Counted from the stretch's first letter, positions 8,605 to 19,467 are shown. The stretch is 64,000 nt of DNA from Bacilli bacterium (GCA_918272565.1 CAKJYW010000003.1:5359-69358); one strand, 5' to 3'. A program made the numbers and translations. The notes: generated from the letters alone by a model not told the origin.

Positions 8605-9101
8605 AATAACCCCTCGATTGGATTTATATAAATCTTTCCATTTTCTAAATCAACGCTATCAATAAATTCATCTACAAATGGAACAAGTGATTCTTTATCA
8701 CCATTTTTAATTACTAATATTGCTCCTTGAGGAACTTCCATTACGTCAATTACTTCTCCTATTAATGTTTCTTCATTATATGCAGATAGTCCAATCAAAT
8801 CATCATAATAATAATTATCATCATCTAGCGCATTAAGTGCTTCTTTATCAACATATATTGTTTTATCTACATATTCTAAAACATCATTGATATTAGTTAT
8901 ACCATTAAAACTAATTAGTGCCATACCTTTATGCATTCTAAAAGTATCAATCTTTATTTCTTTATATTCTTTATCAAATAAGACATATAAAGTATTACCT
9001 TTTTTGAAACGTACATCAGGTAGTGATGTTGTGATCATTACTTTAACTTCACCTTTAATAGCATGAGGTGATACGATTTTACCAACTTCTAAATATTTCA
9101 T
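8601..9101 (-). CDS. rimM: Ribosome maturation factor RimM
   Basis: VGKIVSPHAIKGEVKV, YYYDDLIGL, LVPFVDEFI; precedes trmD. Confidence 0.95.
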   Translation of the reverse strand: MKYLEVGKIVSPHAIKGEVKVMITTSLPDVRFKKGNTLYVLFDKEYKEIKIDTFRMHKGMALISFNGITNINDVLEYVDKTIYVDKEALNALDDDNYYYDDLIGLSAYNEETLIGEVIDVMEVPQGAILVIKNGDKESLVPFVDEFIDSVDLENGKIYINPIEGLL

Positions 9102-11506
9102 TCTTTATCCACCTTCATTGCTCTAATTGAGTTAAGTACCGCAAGTAGTGATACACCAACGTCTGCAAATATTGCTTCATACATTAGTAATTGATTAACC
9201 CAATCTACTCCTATTACTGATATTGCTAGTACTGCCACTTTTACTGTTAGTGCTAAAACGACATTTTCAATGACAATTCGTTTAGTTTTCTTAGCAATTT
9301 TAATAGCCTTAGGAATACTAGCTAAGTCATCATTCATCAAAACAACATCAGCAACTTCGATTGCGGCATCACTTCCAAGTGCACCCATCGCAATACCGAT
9401 ATCACTAGCACTTAGTACAGGAGTATCATTAACTCCATCCCCAACAAACGCTACATTGCCTTTACCATCTAATTCTTCCTTTAGATCAAGCATCTTATCA
9501 ACTTTATCTAAAGGTTTCATTTCACTGTGGTATTCATCAACTGTAGTCTTATATGCTACTTCGTTAGCTATTTCTTCATTATCACCAGTTAGCATTACAA
9601 CTTTATCAACGCCTACTGCTTTTAATTCTTGAATAGTCTTCTTAGCATTAGATTTAATTCTATCTCTAAATACGAAATATCCCGCATTTACTCCATCAAT
9701 TGAAATTGTGAAGTTATTAAGTTTCTTAACTTCTTTATTAATTTCAATACCTTTGTCTTCTAAATATTCTTTTCTACCTATCCAAACCTCAACTCCATCA
9801 ACTTTAGCACCAATTCCACGCTCATTAGCTTCACTAATTCTTTCAATAATAGTTGGATTAATTGGCTTATTATATGCCTCTACTATTGTTTTAGCGATAG
9901 GATGAGGCGATAAGCTTTCCGCATGAGCAGCGTAATACATGATTTTGTCTTTAGAGTAATTAGATGTACTAATTACTTTCTTTAAGATATATTTACCTTC
10001 AGTGATTGTTCCGGTTTTATCTAGTGCCACAACCTTAACATTAGTTAAAGCTTCTAAGTAGTTACTTCCTTTAATTAAAATACCTTCTTTACTAGCTCCC
10101 CCAATTCCCCCAAAGAATCCTAGAGGAACAGATAAAACTAAAGCACAAGGGCAACTAACAACTAAGAATATTAAAGCAATCCTGATTGATGCCTTATATC
10201 CTTCCCAGTTTAGTGGGTATTTAGCACTAATAAGTGGAAGAAGTCCACCAAGTAAAAGGGCAAGTATTACAACAGTAGGTGTGTAGTAACGAGCAAATTT
10301 AGAAATGAAGTTTTCGCTTTTACTCTTCTTACTACTAGCATTTTCTACCATATCCAAAATCTTTTTAACCATTGAGTCTTCGTAACACTTCTCTACTCTA
10401 ACAATAATGTTACCATTAACTAAGATACTACCACTTAAAACTTTGTTTCCCTCTCTAACTACCTTTTCTAAACTCTCACCAGTTAGAGCAGACTCATCAA
10501 CTTCCGCTTCACCTTGGATAATCTCACCATCAAGTGGAACCTTTTCACCAGTTTTAATGACGATCTTATCACCAACCAAAACTTCTTTAGGGTTCATTTC
10601 GATTACTTCATCATCTACTAAAACAAAAGCTACTTGAGGTTGAATATCAATTAAAGCTTTAATCGAATTTCTCGTTCTATCAACAACATAATCTTGTAAG
10701 AATTCTCCTATTTGATAAAAGACCATTACAAACATCGCTTCATCATAATACTTTATAGCAAGCGCTACAACGGTAGCTAGGGCCATTAAGAACTGTTCAT
10801 CAAATACATGACCATGTATAGCGTTTCTTAGTGCTCCACTTAAAACATTACGTGAAAGAGCAACATATGCAGGGATATATGTAGCATAGACAATTATTAG
10901 CTTTGTTGTTAAGAGGCCATTTAAAACTTCAAATCCATCATCATATTTAATAATGTTTAAAACAGTTTTAGTAATAAAGCCTAGTAAAAAGATAATCCCC
11001 GCTACTACCAGTTCTCTCTTTCTACCTTTTGTTAAGCCTTCTTCTTCCTCTTCATCTTCTTCATCTAAATCATCTAAAACAAGCACGTTCTTATCAACAT
11101 CACTAGCAATCTTCTTCACTTCCTCTTTTAATGTGAGCAAAGCTTCTTCACTAGTTGTTTCGATAACAAACTTACCAGTGTTAAAATCGACACTAATCAT
11201 TTCGTTTTCAATTGTTCTTTTTGCCCTACGCTCAATTGTATTAGCACAATTAGCGCAATCTAAGTTCTTTAATATTAATACTTTTCTTCTTATTTGTTTA
11301 TATTCTTTTTCTACTATATCTATATCTTCATTGATCTTTAGTATTTCACTTTCAATATTACTAAAATCAACGTCACCATCGATTGTTAAAGTTTGTTTTT
11401 CTTTGTTTAATGAATACTTATCGTTACTAACTAACTTTTTTAATAACGCTTCTACTCTAAAAAGTTCACCACTAGAGATATTATCTAACTTATAGAGTTT
11501 CTTCAT
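9098..11506 (-). CDS. cadA: Heavy-metal P1B-type ATPase (Zn/Cd/Co, CadA/ZntA-like)
   Basis: HMA domain with CANC, TGES, SCPC, DKTGT, HP, GDGVND, FADVG. Confidence 0.92.
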   Translation of the reverse strand: MKKLYKLDNISSGELFRVEALLKKLVSNDKYSLNKEKQTLTIDGDVDFSNIESEILKINEDIDIVEKEYKQIRRKVLILKNLDCANCANTIERRAKRTIENEMISVDFNTGKFVIETTSEEALLTLKEEVKKIASDVDKNVLVLDDLDEEDEEEEEGLTKGRKRELVVAGIIFLLGFITKTVLNIIKYDDGFEVLNGLLTTKLIIVYATYIPAYVALSRNVLSGALRNAIHGHVFDEQFLMALATVVALAIKYYDEAMFVMVFYQIGEFLQDYVVDRTRNSIKALIDIQPQVAFVLVDDEVIEMNPKEVLVGDKIVIKTGEKVPLDGEIIQGEAEVDESALTGESLEKVVREGNKVLSGSILVNGNIIVRVEKCYEDSMVKKILDMVENASSKKSKSENFISKFARYYTPTVVILALLLGGLLPLISAKYPLNWEGYKASIRIALIFLVVSCPCALVLSVPLGFFGGIGGASKEGILIKGSNYLEALTNVKVVALDKTGTITEGKYILKKVISTSNYSKDKIMYYAAHAESLSPHPIAKTIVEAYNKPINPTIIERISEANERGIGAKVDGVEVWIGRKEYLEDKGIEINKEVKKLNNFTISIDGVNAGYFVFRDRIKSNAKKTIQELKAVGVDKVVMLTGDNEEIANEVAYKTTVDEYHSEMKPLDKVDKMLDLKEELDGKGNVAFVGDGVNDTPVLSASDIGIAMGALGSDAAIEVADVVLMNDDLASIPKAIKIAKKTKRIVIENVVLALTVKVAVLAISVIGVDWVNQLLMYEAIFADVGVSLLAVLNSIRAMKVDKE

Positions 11507-11804
11507 ATGAAACATGAGAAGCGTGAGTAAGTGATTGCTCAATAATATTCTTTACGTGATGGTCGTCGATAGAATAATACACTTCTTTTCCTTTTCTTTC
11601 CACTTTAACAATATGATATAGTTTTAATACTTGTAATTGATGACTAACAGCAGATTGTCCCATGTTAATTTCTTCACATATAACATTGACACTCTTCTCT
11701 TTATCAAATATTGATAAAAGAATTCTTAGTCTAGTTTCATTTCCAAGCGCTTTTAACATATTTACACTTTCATTTATGTTTTTGTTATTAATAATGTTTT
11801 GCAT
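11490..11804 (-). CDS. ArsR/SmtB metal-sensing repressor, CzrA-like
   Basis: QSAVSHQL HTH; alpha5 metal site DxH-x10-H-x2-H (DDHHVKNIIEQSLTHASH). Confidence 0.9.
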   Translation of the reverse strand: MQNIINNKNINESVNMLKALGNETRLRILLSIFDKEKSVNVICEEINMGQSAVSHQLQVLKLYHIVKVERKGKEVYYSIDDHHVKNIIEQSLTHASHVSYEETL

Positions 11805-11885
11805 AATATAAACCTCACTATGCACCATTATACTCTTTTAAAAATTAAAAAAAATAGAATAATTTACTATTTTAGATTAAATTCT

Positions 11886-11903
11886 TATGAATAGTTGCTC
11901 ATA
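11886..11903. promoter_or_regulatory. SmtB/CzrA-type operator
   Basis: TATGAATA-GT-TGCTCATA imperfect palindrome matching the ATGAA..TTCAT operator core. Confidence 0.7.
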
Positions 11904-11924
11904 TGTTCATTTTTCTCAAAGTAT

Positions 11925-11950
11925 AAAAAAATACCAGTATAAACTGGTAT
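11925..11950 (-). terminator. Intrinsic terminator after khpA
   Basis: ATACCAGT/ACTGGTAT stem followed by a T-run on the minus strand. Confidence 0.75.
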
Positions 11951-11955
11951 ATTAA

Positions 11956-12207
11956 CTAAAATGTATCAACAGATACTTCAATCTTCTTACCAAAGCGAGA
12001 AGCACATGCATAAGCTATTGTTCTAATAGAATTAATAACACGACCCTTTTTGCCAATTACTCGACCTAAGTCTTCGCTATTAACCATAATTTGAACATCG
12101 ATGCAGTCATCTTCTTCTGAGAAAATCTTAACCATAACTTCTTCAGGATAAATAACTAAAGGCTTAACTAAATCAGCCAAGAATTGTTCATAATTGATTT
12201 CGTTCAT
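11956..12207 (-). CDS. khpA: KH-domain RNA-binding protein
   Basis: DLGRVIGKKGRVINSIRT; follows rpsP. Confidence 0.92.
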   Translation of the reverse strand: MNEINYEQFLADLVKPLVIYPEEVMVKIFSEEDDCIDVQIMVNSEDLGRVIGKKGRVINSIRTIAYACASRFGKKIEVSVDTF

Positions 12208-12223
12208 TATTTACTTCACCTGA

Positions 12224-12490
12224 TTACTTATTGTTTTTAGTAAACTTTTCAATAATCCCCATCTTAGTGAATAATGATTTAACAGTATCTGTAGGTTGAG
12301 CTCCTTCAGCTAACCATTTAAGAGCCTTTGCTTCATCAATCTTTAATTGTTCAGCTTCTTTTTCAATTGGATGATATAAACCAATGATTTCAATGAAGCG
12401 ACCATCACGAGGGCTTGTTGAATCAGTAGCTACAATACGATAGTATGGGCGTTTTTTAGCACCATATCTTTGTAATCTTAATTTTACCAT
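12224..12490 (-). CDS. rpsP: 30S ribosomal protein S16
   Basis: [36 protein letters not shown]. Confidence 0.98.
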   Translation of the reverse strand: MVKLRLQRYGAKKRPYYRIVATDSTSPRDGRFIEIIGLYHPIEKEAEQLKIDEAKALKWLAEGAQPTDTVKSLFTKMGIIEKFTKNNK

Positions 12491-12555
12491 ATATTTCCTC
12501 CTATTTAATAATCCTTTGATATTTTACCATAATCACTATACTTTGTCAAGTGTTT

Positions 12556-13251
12556 TTACTTGACAAATATCTTTTCTATATCTTTTTCTTCTAGTTCCTT
12601 AGCTTCTCCTTCTTTTAACGCACTATCTAGTTCAAGTGATCCTATTTTAATCCTCTTTAAATTTGTAACAACAAGCCCAACTTCATGACACATCTTCTTA
12701 ATTTCATGAAACCTTCCTTCGCAAATTGAAATAAGAGCTTTGTTTTTGCTTGTTATTTCAAGATACGCTTTTTTAGTATGATAAATAGAGCCATCACTAT
12801 CTATTAAATCAAATCCTTCTAAAAAGGCACTAACAAATTCTCTTTTAAATTCTTTATCACATTCTACTTCATATGTCTTATAAATTTCTTGCTTTGGTGA
12901 AGTTACTTTATGAATAAAGGCCCCATCATTTGTTAGAATCATTAATCCCGTTGTATCAATGTCAAGACGCCCAGCAGCTTTTAAGTTTTTCACACCAGTA
13001 ACTAGATCAACTACACAAGGATTTTTGTCATCGCGACTTGCTGAAACGTATCCTTTAGGTTTATTTATCATAAAATACCTAAATTCTTTATATACTATCT
13101 CTTCTTCATTATAATAGACTTTCCCTTTAACTTCTTCACTTCCGCTTTTTGCTACTCTATCATCAATTTTTACTTTCTTTTGTTTTATGATAGTAGTTGT
13201 CTCGCTTCTAGAAATATTAAGTGCTTCTGCTAAATATTTATCTAGCCTCAT
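12556..13251 (-). CDS. RsuA-family pseudouridine synthase
   Basis: S4 domain MRLDKYL, NKPKGYVS, GRLDIDTTG, EGRFHEIK. Confidence 0.92.
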   Translation of the reverse strand: MRLDKYLAEALNISRSETTTIIKQKKVKIDDRVAKSGSEEVKGKVYYNEEEIVYKEFRYFMINKPKGYVSASRDDKNPCVVDLVTGVKNLKAAGRLDIDTTGLMILTNDGAFIHKVTSPKQEIYKTYEVECDKEFKREFVSAFLEGFDLIDSDGSIYHTKKAYLEITSKNKALISICEGRFHEIKKMCHEVGLVVTNLKRIKIGSLELDSALKEGEAKELEEKDIEKIFVK

Positions 13252-13492
13252 TTTGTACCGCCTTCATCGTTTTATAAATAGATATTCCACATTCATCTAC
13301 CATCATCTTATCGTATTTCTTTTCTAAAGATTTACTTCTTAAGATGTTTTGATATTCGTGGTATTTTTCAATAAGTGTAGATACTTTTACTTTTGCTGTT
13401 TTAGTCTTTTCAATCAAATTAAAGAATTCTATAATCTTAATAATCTCTAACGCACTAAACATATCATAATCAATCTTATATTCTTTAACCAT
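13238..13492 (-). CDS. UPF0223-family protein
   Basis: Size, motif EYxID...EIIKIIEFFNLIE...SKSLEK, and position near def. Confidence 0.7.
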   Translation of the reverse strand: MVKEYKIDYDMFSALEIIKIIEFFNLIEKTKTAKVKVSTLIEKYHEYQNILRSKSLEKKYDKMMVDECGISIYKTMKAVQNEAR

Positions 13493-13587
13493 TTTTTTAT
13501 CCCCTTATTAACACAAAACTAATTTTATCATAATTATTAACTATAATAAAGTCAATTTATGTTATAATATTAATAGAGGTATTAATT

Positions 13588-14160
13588 ATGTTACTATATA
13601 AAGATATTGTTAAAGAAAAGGATCCTGTGTTAAGGGAAAAAGCAAAGGAAGTAAGTTTGCCTGTATCTAATGAAGATTTAGAAACATTAAGACAAATGGA
13701 TGAATATCTAACTAATAGTTATGATGAAGAATTTATAAAAAAATACAAAATTAGACCAGGTGTAGGACTTGCGGCTCCGCAAATTGGCGTTAGTAAAAGA
13801 ATGTTCTGTATTCAAGCAGGAGACGAAAAAGGAGAGTTTCATCATTACATCGTTGTAAATCCTAAAATCATCAGTGAATCAGAGCAACTAACATTCTTAC
13901 CAAACGGTGAAGGATGCTTATCTGTAGATAGAGAAACAGAAGGCCTAGTAATGCGTCACAAGAAAATTAAAGCTAGATGTGTTCTATTTAACTTTGATAA
14001 AGCAGACTTTGAAGAAACAGTATTAACTCTAACTGGTTATATTGCAATAGTATTTCAACATGAATATGATCATTTAGATGGAATTTTGTTTGTTGATAGG
14101 ATTAATAAAGCAAATCCATTCTTTGTTCCTGAGAATGCTAAAGAATTAGAATTAAAGTGA
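13588..14160 (+). CDS. def: Peptide deformylase
   Basis: GVGLAAPQIG, EGCLS, QHEYDHL. Confidence 0.97.
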   Translation: MLLYKDIVKEKDPVLREKAKEVSLPVSNEDLETLRQMDEYLTNSYDEEFIKKYKIRPGVGLAAPQIGVSKRMFCIQAGDEKGEFHHYIVVNPKIISESEQLTFLPNGEGCLSVDRETEGLVMRHKKIKARCVLFNFDKADFEETVLTLTGYIAIVFQHEYDHLDGILFVDRINKANPFFVPENAKELELK

Positions 14161-14391
14161 AATTTAAGCTAAATAGTAATATTTAGCTTTTTTCTTTTCC
14201 CTTTATAACTAGGCTGTATTTTACACTATTAATTACATTAATAAAATATACTAAACGATTCTAGATTAAATATGATACCTATATTATTAAAATAGAGGCT
14301 TTTATATCTATTTTTATAAAAACGTTTAACACTTTCTATTTTTCGTCTATTTTGTTATAATAGTAAAAGTAAAGAAAGAGAAAGGAGTAAA

Positions 14392-16086
14392 ATGAATAAC
14401 AAAACAATCGAACAACCTATTATCGACCATTTCAAAGATTCTAATATCAAAATAATGGCTTTAGGTGGTTTAGGTGAAGTAGGTAAAAATATGTACCTAA
14501 TCGAATGTAGCGATGAAATAGTAATCGTTGACTGTGGTATGCTTTTTCCTGATAACAATTACGGCATCGAATATATCGTTCCTGACTTCACTTATTTAAA
14601 AGAAAACGAAGATAAAATAATCGGTCTTTTTATAACTCATGGTCACGAGGACCACATTGGGGGAATCCCTGAATTAATCAAAAACGTCAAAATCAATAAT
14701 ATTTATGCTAGTAGGTTGGCTTTCTATCTAATAAAAGAAAAGATAAGCGACTTAACAAACAAGTCAACTAACCTAATTGAGTACGAGGACTCATCAATCT
14801 ATACCTTTAAAAATTTTGAAATATCTTTCTTTAGAACAAACCATTCAATTCCTGATTCTTTTGGAATTGCGATTAAAACTCGTCTTGGATATATCATCCA
14901 TACAGGAGACTTTAAGATTGATTTAACTCCAATAGCAAATCATACTGATTTTGAAAAACTAGCAAGCTACGCTAAAAGTGGTGTATTATGCTTATTAAGT
15001 GACTCCACAAACGCTAACGTTCCTCGTTTCACGCAATCAGAGCGCCGTGCCGGAGATAGTATAAAGAGCATCTTTTCAACAATCACTGGACGTATCATCA
15101 TTTCAACATTCGCATCTAACGTTTATAGAGTAAAACAGATTGTGGAAGCGAGCGTAGAGACTGGTAGAAAAGTTGTTGTGTTTGGTCGTTCTATGGAAAA
15201 ATGCTTAGATATAGCTCAAAGACTCAATTACATCACTCCGCCTAAAGGAACTTTAATATCAATCAAAGATATGGAATTTGTTAATCCTAATAAATTAACA
15301 ATTATTTCAACAGGTTCCCAAGGAGAGCCCCTTGCGGCACTAAGTAGAATGGCTGATGGCACTCACAAATATGTTAAGATTACGGAAAATGATACAATCA
15401 TCTTCTCATCTAGTGCTATTCCTGGTAACCAAGATAGTATTAATAAGACTATTAATAAATTATATCGCTCTAAAGCTACTGTTATTGTTAATAGTCCTCT
15501 AACAGAAACTCACACTTCAGGCCATGGTGGAGAAACCGAGCTTGAATTAATGGTTGCCCTAACTAAGCCAAGATATTTTGTTCCTATACATGGTGAATAT
15601 GCAATGCTTAAGCGTCACAAGGAACTAGCAATTTTAGCTGGTGTAGCTGAAGAGAACTGCTTCATCTTACAAAATGGCGATGTTCTAACATTCCACCATG
15701 ATATGGTATTCCAAAACTATCGAGTAAAAAGCGGTAATAGTTACATCGACTCTAATAATGTTGAAGTAAGTGGATCAATTATCAAAGAACGTAGGCTCAT
15801 GAGTGAAGATGGTGTTGTGACTCTAACTTTCTTAGTTAACAATAAGAAAGAATTAGTTAGTACTATCAACTTCTCATCTCGAGGCTTCATCTTTATGAAA
15901 GAATCTTTTGAACTAATATCAAAAATTAAGAAAAAGGCTAAAGATATCTATGTAGACTATATCGCAAGAAACCCAGATGGCTCGCTGCAACTAGCAGAAA
16001 ATATCTTAATTTATGAAGTAGGTCAATTCATTCAAACACAAACCAACCGTAAACCTATTATCGTCCCAACAATCCTCGAGGTGTAA
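14392..16086 (+). CDS. rnj: Ribonuclease J
   Basis: LGGLGEVGKNM, THGHEDHIG, HTGDFK, TGSQGEP, HTSGH, PIHGE. Confidence 0.96.
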   Translation: MNNKTIEQPIIDHFKDSNIKIMALGGLGEVGKNMYLIECSDEIVIVDCGMLFPDNNYGIEYIVPDFTYLKENEDKIIGLFITHGHEDHIGGIPELIKNVKINNIYASRLAFYLIKEKISDLTNKSTNLIEYEDSSIYTFKNFEISFFRTNHSIPDSFGIAIKTRLGYIIHTGDFKIDLTPIANHTDFEKLASYAKSGVLCLLSDSTNANVPRFTQSERRAGDSIKSIFSTITGRIIISTFASNVYRVKQIVEASVETGRKVVVFGRSMEKCLDIAQRLNYITPPKGTLISIKDMEFVNPNKLTIISTGSQGEPLAALSRMADGTHKYVKITENDTIIFSSSAIPGNQDSINKTINKLYRSKATVIVNSPLTETHTSGHGGETELELMVALTKPRYFVPIHGEYAMLKRHKELAILAGVAEENCFILQNGDVLTFHHDMVFQNYRVKSGNSYIDSNNVEVSGSIIKERRLMSEDGVVTLTFLVNNKKELVSTINFSSRGFIFMKESFELISKIKKKAKDIYVDYIARNPDGSLQLAENILIYEVGQFIQTQTNRKPIIVPTILEV

Positions 16087-16087
16087 G

Positions 16088-16843
16088 ATGTTAATATGTC
16101 CAATATGTAAAAGTAGAATCGTAAAAGTAGAATCAAGTTACAAATGTGAAAACAACCATTCATTTGACATCTCTAAAAAGGGATATACTAACTTACTTAT
16201 CAACCATCCTAATGCTGGAGATAATAAAGAAATGGTTCTGGCACGTTACAACTTCTTAGAAAAAGGTTATTATCAAGAATTAAAAGATGAAATAAAAAAG
16301 ATAATAAACAAATATGACATTAAAACCATTGCAGATTTAGGATGCGGAACAGGATATTATTCAAGCAACCTAGATATCGAAGTATATGGCTTTGATATAT
16401 CTAAAGAAGCAATAAATAAAGCGTCTAGTAACAGAAGTAATCATTATTATGTAGCATCAAGTCAAAGCGTGCCACTATCAAGTGAAGCGCTAGACGCTAC
16501 ATTAATAGTATTTGCTCCACTATTTATAGATGAAATCTATAGAATATTAAAACCTAATGGATATTTAATCCTAGTAACTCCTTCTATTTATCATCTATAT
16601 GAGTTAAAGACTAAGCTTTATGATAATCCATATTTAAATGAAGAAAAGAAACAGTCAATAGATTGTTTAAAAGAGGTTGAAGCTAAAAACCTAAAATATC
16701 AAAAATTAATAAATAAAGATGATTTATTAAATTTAATCAAAATGACACCTTATTTTTACAAAACTGATTCCTTAAGTTTTGATAAAATTAAAAAAGATGA
16801 ATTAATAACTTTAGATTTCAATATTCAAGTATATAAAAAATAG
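16088..16843 (+). CDS. RlmA-like SAM-dependent rRNA methyltransferase
   Basis: N-terminal CPIC...C...HSFD zinc finger; DLGCGTGYY; MTPY. Confidence 0.85.
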   Translation: MLICPICKSRIVKVESSYKCENNHSFDISKKGYTNLLINHPNAGDNKEMVLARYNFLEKGYYQELKDEIKKIINKYDIKTIADLGCGTGYYSSNLDIEVYGFDISKEAINKASSNRSNHYYVASSQSVPLSSEALDATLIVFAPLFIDEIYRILKPNGYLILVTPSIYHLYELKTKLYDNPYLNEEKKQSIDCLKEVEAKNLKYQKLINKDDLLNLIKMTPYFYKTDSLSFDKIKKDELITLDFNIQVYKK

Positions 16844-16866
16844 TGCACAATTTGTGCACTATTTTT
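16835..16866. terminator. Bidirectional terminator
   Basis: AAAAAA-TAGTGCACAA-T-TTGTGCACTA-TTTTT between convergent genes. Confidence 0.8.
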
Positions 16867-17719
16867 CATTGTTATGATCAGTTTTTTCTTTGAATAAGTG
16901 ATAGATTTCTCTAGTAACCATGGCATCTTCTAAAGCATCGTGAGCTTGAGGCTCTAGGACTTTCCCTGTCATTTCTTCATATGTTTGGAATAGTCCCATC
17001 TCATCTTTGTAATTATAATAATTCTTAATTAATTGCATAATGTTAATATATCTTTTCTTTAAAGGTATGTTTTTAACATTATTTACTTTAAATGATGCTT
17101 CTAGTGTTGCTAAGTCGCTTCTGCCCCAAGCGATAATTTTAGGGTTATATTTATTGATTAATTCTTTAAATGAATTATAGAAATCCATATAATTAATAGC
17201 ACTGTCAAATTCTTCACGTTCTCTTGATAAGAATTTTAATGTTCTATTATTTAATGTTATTCTTCTTTTTGGCTTAACTAACGAACTTTCTTTGTGAATA
17301 ATCTCTCCATTTGCATCTTCAATAACTATTCCATATTGCACAATTTCAGCTACATGTGGAATAGATTGATAATAAGCAGGTAGTGAGAACTCTAAATCAA
17401 GAAACATCTTGTTTTCTAGATTATCAAGAAGTTTTAAAGTATCTACCCTAACTTCATCGATATCATAATACATTACCTTACCTTTAGATGTTGCTTCAAA
17501 GATCTTTTCAAAATAATTGACATCATAAACACAATACTCGCCATTCATGCGTCTATCTTCTTTCACATCAACAAAGATATAAGGATGTTTCTTGAAATAA
17601 ATTGAGAAGTCTTTGTATACTTTTCTACTCATATATAAGTATACTAAGCTACCACTACAATCAATTCTTATTATTCTTTCATCACTTATTGTTTCTATCA
17701 CTTTTCCATATAATCTCAT
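16859..17719 (-). CDS. DEDDh 3'-5' exonuclease (KapD-like) with N-terminal extension
   Basis: FLDLEF, WGRSD, AHDALED. Confidence 0.8.
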   Translation of the reverse strand: MRLYGKVIETISDERIIRIDCSGSLVYLYMSRKVYKDFSIYFKKHPYIFVDVKEDRRMNGEYCVYDVNYFEKIFEATSKGKVMYYDIDEVRVDTLKLLDNLENKMFLDLEFSLPAYYQSIPHVAEIVQYGIVIEDANGEIIHKESSLVKPKRRITLNNRTLKFLSREREEFDSAINYMDFYNSFKELINKYNPKIIAWGRSDLATLEASFKVNNVKNIPLKKRYINIMQLIKNYYNYKDEMGLFQTYEEMTGKVLEPQAHDALEDAMVTREIYHLFKEKTDHNNEK

Positions 17720-17730
17720 AACTTCACCGT

Positions 17731-19467
17731 TTATATATTATATATCTTTAATATTTCTTCTTTTTGTTCTTTACTTAATTTAAGTTTATCTAGTTGACTT
17801 ACAAAATCATCTTTACCAATAATCTCTAATATTTGCATCTTTTTTACTTTACCGATTCCTTTAATAGAATCTAGGGCACTAGCAATTGCACTTTTACCGT
17901 GCAATGTTCTAAAGAAAGTTATTGCATAGCGATGCACTTCATCTTGAATACCTTCTAGAAAGTAAAATAGATTACTTCTTTTATCGATTTTTATCTCTTC
18001 GCCGTTAAATAAGAGATGATCAGTTCTATGATTATCATCTTTTACTAAACCCAAAATCTTAATATCTACTTCAACTTCATCTAGCGCTTTTTTCGCAAAG
18101 TTTATTTGGTTAATAGCTCCATCCATGATGATTAAATCAGGCATCTTCTCGTTTTCTTTCTTTAACCTAGAATACCTTCTTTTAACAATCTCATACATTG
18201 TTCTAGCGTCATCTGCGCCTTCAACCGTTTTAACCTTAAATTTTCTGTAACCTTTTTTGTTTTTCTCTCCATCAACATAACTAACCATAGCGCTAACACT
18301 ATCGTAGCCCATGATGTTACTATTATCGAAAGCTTCTATTGTGTGAATATCTAATCCAAGTAGGTTTGATAACTCTTTATTAGCACCAACTGTTCTATTA
18401 TAGTTTTTCTTTTCTTTTTCTAATAAGATATCAACCTTTTCTAAAGCATTTGTTTCTACCAAATTAACAAATTCCTTTTTCTTTCCTTTTTTAGGAATTG
18501 ATATTAAACTTGTTAGCCTATCATCTAGATATGATATATCAACATTTGGAAGTAGTATCTCTTTAGGTAGAGGATTATTATAAACAAAATAGAACTCACC
18601 AACAAATTCGATAAACATTTCAGCGCTATCATTCATCAGGTCAAACAAGAATCCACTTCTTTCAACCATCTTTTTGTTTCTAATGTGAAAGATTTGAATG
18701 CTTATGTGATTATCTTTAACAACATAACCAAAGATATCAGTATCAACCATATCAACTTCCATCTTTTGTTTTTCCTCTAGTACCTTAATCTCATCGATTA
18801 TGTCTTTATATTCCTTAGCTTTCTCGTAATTTAATCTCTCAGATTCTTCATACATTAAATTCTTTAGTCTTGCTACTTCACTTGATGTATTACCTTTTAG
18901 AAAGTGATTAATCTTATTAGTAATATCTAAATATGCCTCACTACTTACTTCATTAATACAAGGGGCTAAACACTGCCCCAAGTGATAATAAAGACATTCT
19001 CTTTTAGGAATCACATTACATTTTCTTAAAGGATATATCTTATTAAGCATCATAACAATATCCTTAGCTGCTTTGCCATTAGGATATGGACCATAATATT
19101 TAGCTTTCTTATTTAGGTCTCTAGTATAAAAGATCTTTGGATGCTTTTCATTTGATACACAAATATAAGGATATCTCTTATCATCCATAAGCATAATATT
19201 ATATTTAGGATGATATTTCTTAATTAGATTCATCTCAAGGATGAAAGCTTCAGTTTCACTACCAGTGATGATATATTCAAAATCATCAATCAAGCTCACC
19301 ATCTTAGTTGTTTTAGCGTCGTGACTTCCAACAAAGTAGCTCTTTACTCTATTAGCTAGCACTTTTGCTTTACCAACATAGATGATTTTCCCACTTGCAT
19401 CTTTCATCTGGTAGCAACCAGGTTTATTTGGTAAGGTCTTAAGTTTTTCTTTTACTTTGTCAGTCAC
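17731..19467 (-). CDS. uvrC: Excinuclease ABC subunit C
   Basis: GIY-YIG (PGCYQM...IYVGKAK), EAFDNS, PDLIIMDG, DEVHRYAI. Confidence 0.97.
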   Translation of the reverse strand: MTDKVKEKLKTLPNKPGCYQMKDASGKIIYVGKAKVLANRVKSYFVGSHDAKTTKMVSLIDDFEYIITGSETEAFILEMNLIKKYHPKYNIMLMDDKRYPYICVSNEKHPKIFYTRDLNKKAKYYGPYPNGKAAKDIVMMLNKIYPLRKCNVIPKRECLYYHLGQCLAPCINEVSSEAYLDITNKINHFLKGNTSSEVARLKNLMYEESERLNYEKAKEYKDIIDEIKVLEEKQKMEVDMVDTDIFGYVVKDNHISIQIFHIRNKKMVERSGFLFDLMNDSAEMFIEFVGEFYFVYNNPLPKEILLPNVDISYLDDRLTSLISIPKKGKKKEFVNLVETNALEKVDILLEKEKKNYNRTVGANKELSNLLGLDIHTIEAFDNSNIMGYDSVSAMVSYVDGEKNKKGYRKFKVKTVEGADDARTMYEIVKRRYSRLKKENEKMPDLIIMDGAINQINFAKKALDEVEVDIKILGLVKDDNHRTDHLLFNGEEIKIDKRSNLFYFLEGIQDEVHRYAITFFRTLHGKSAIASALDSIKGIGKVKKMQILEIIGKDDFVSQLDKLKLSKEQKEEILKIYNI

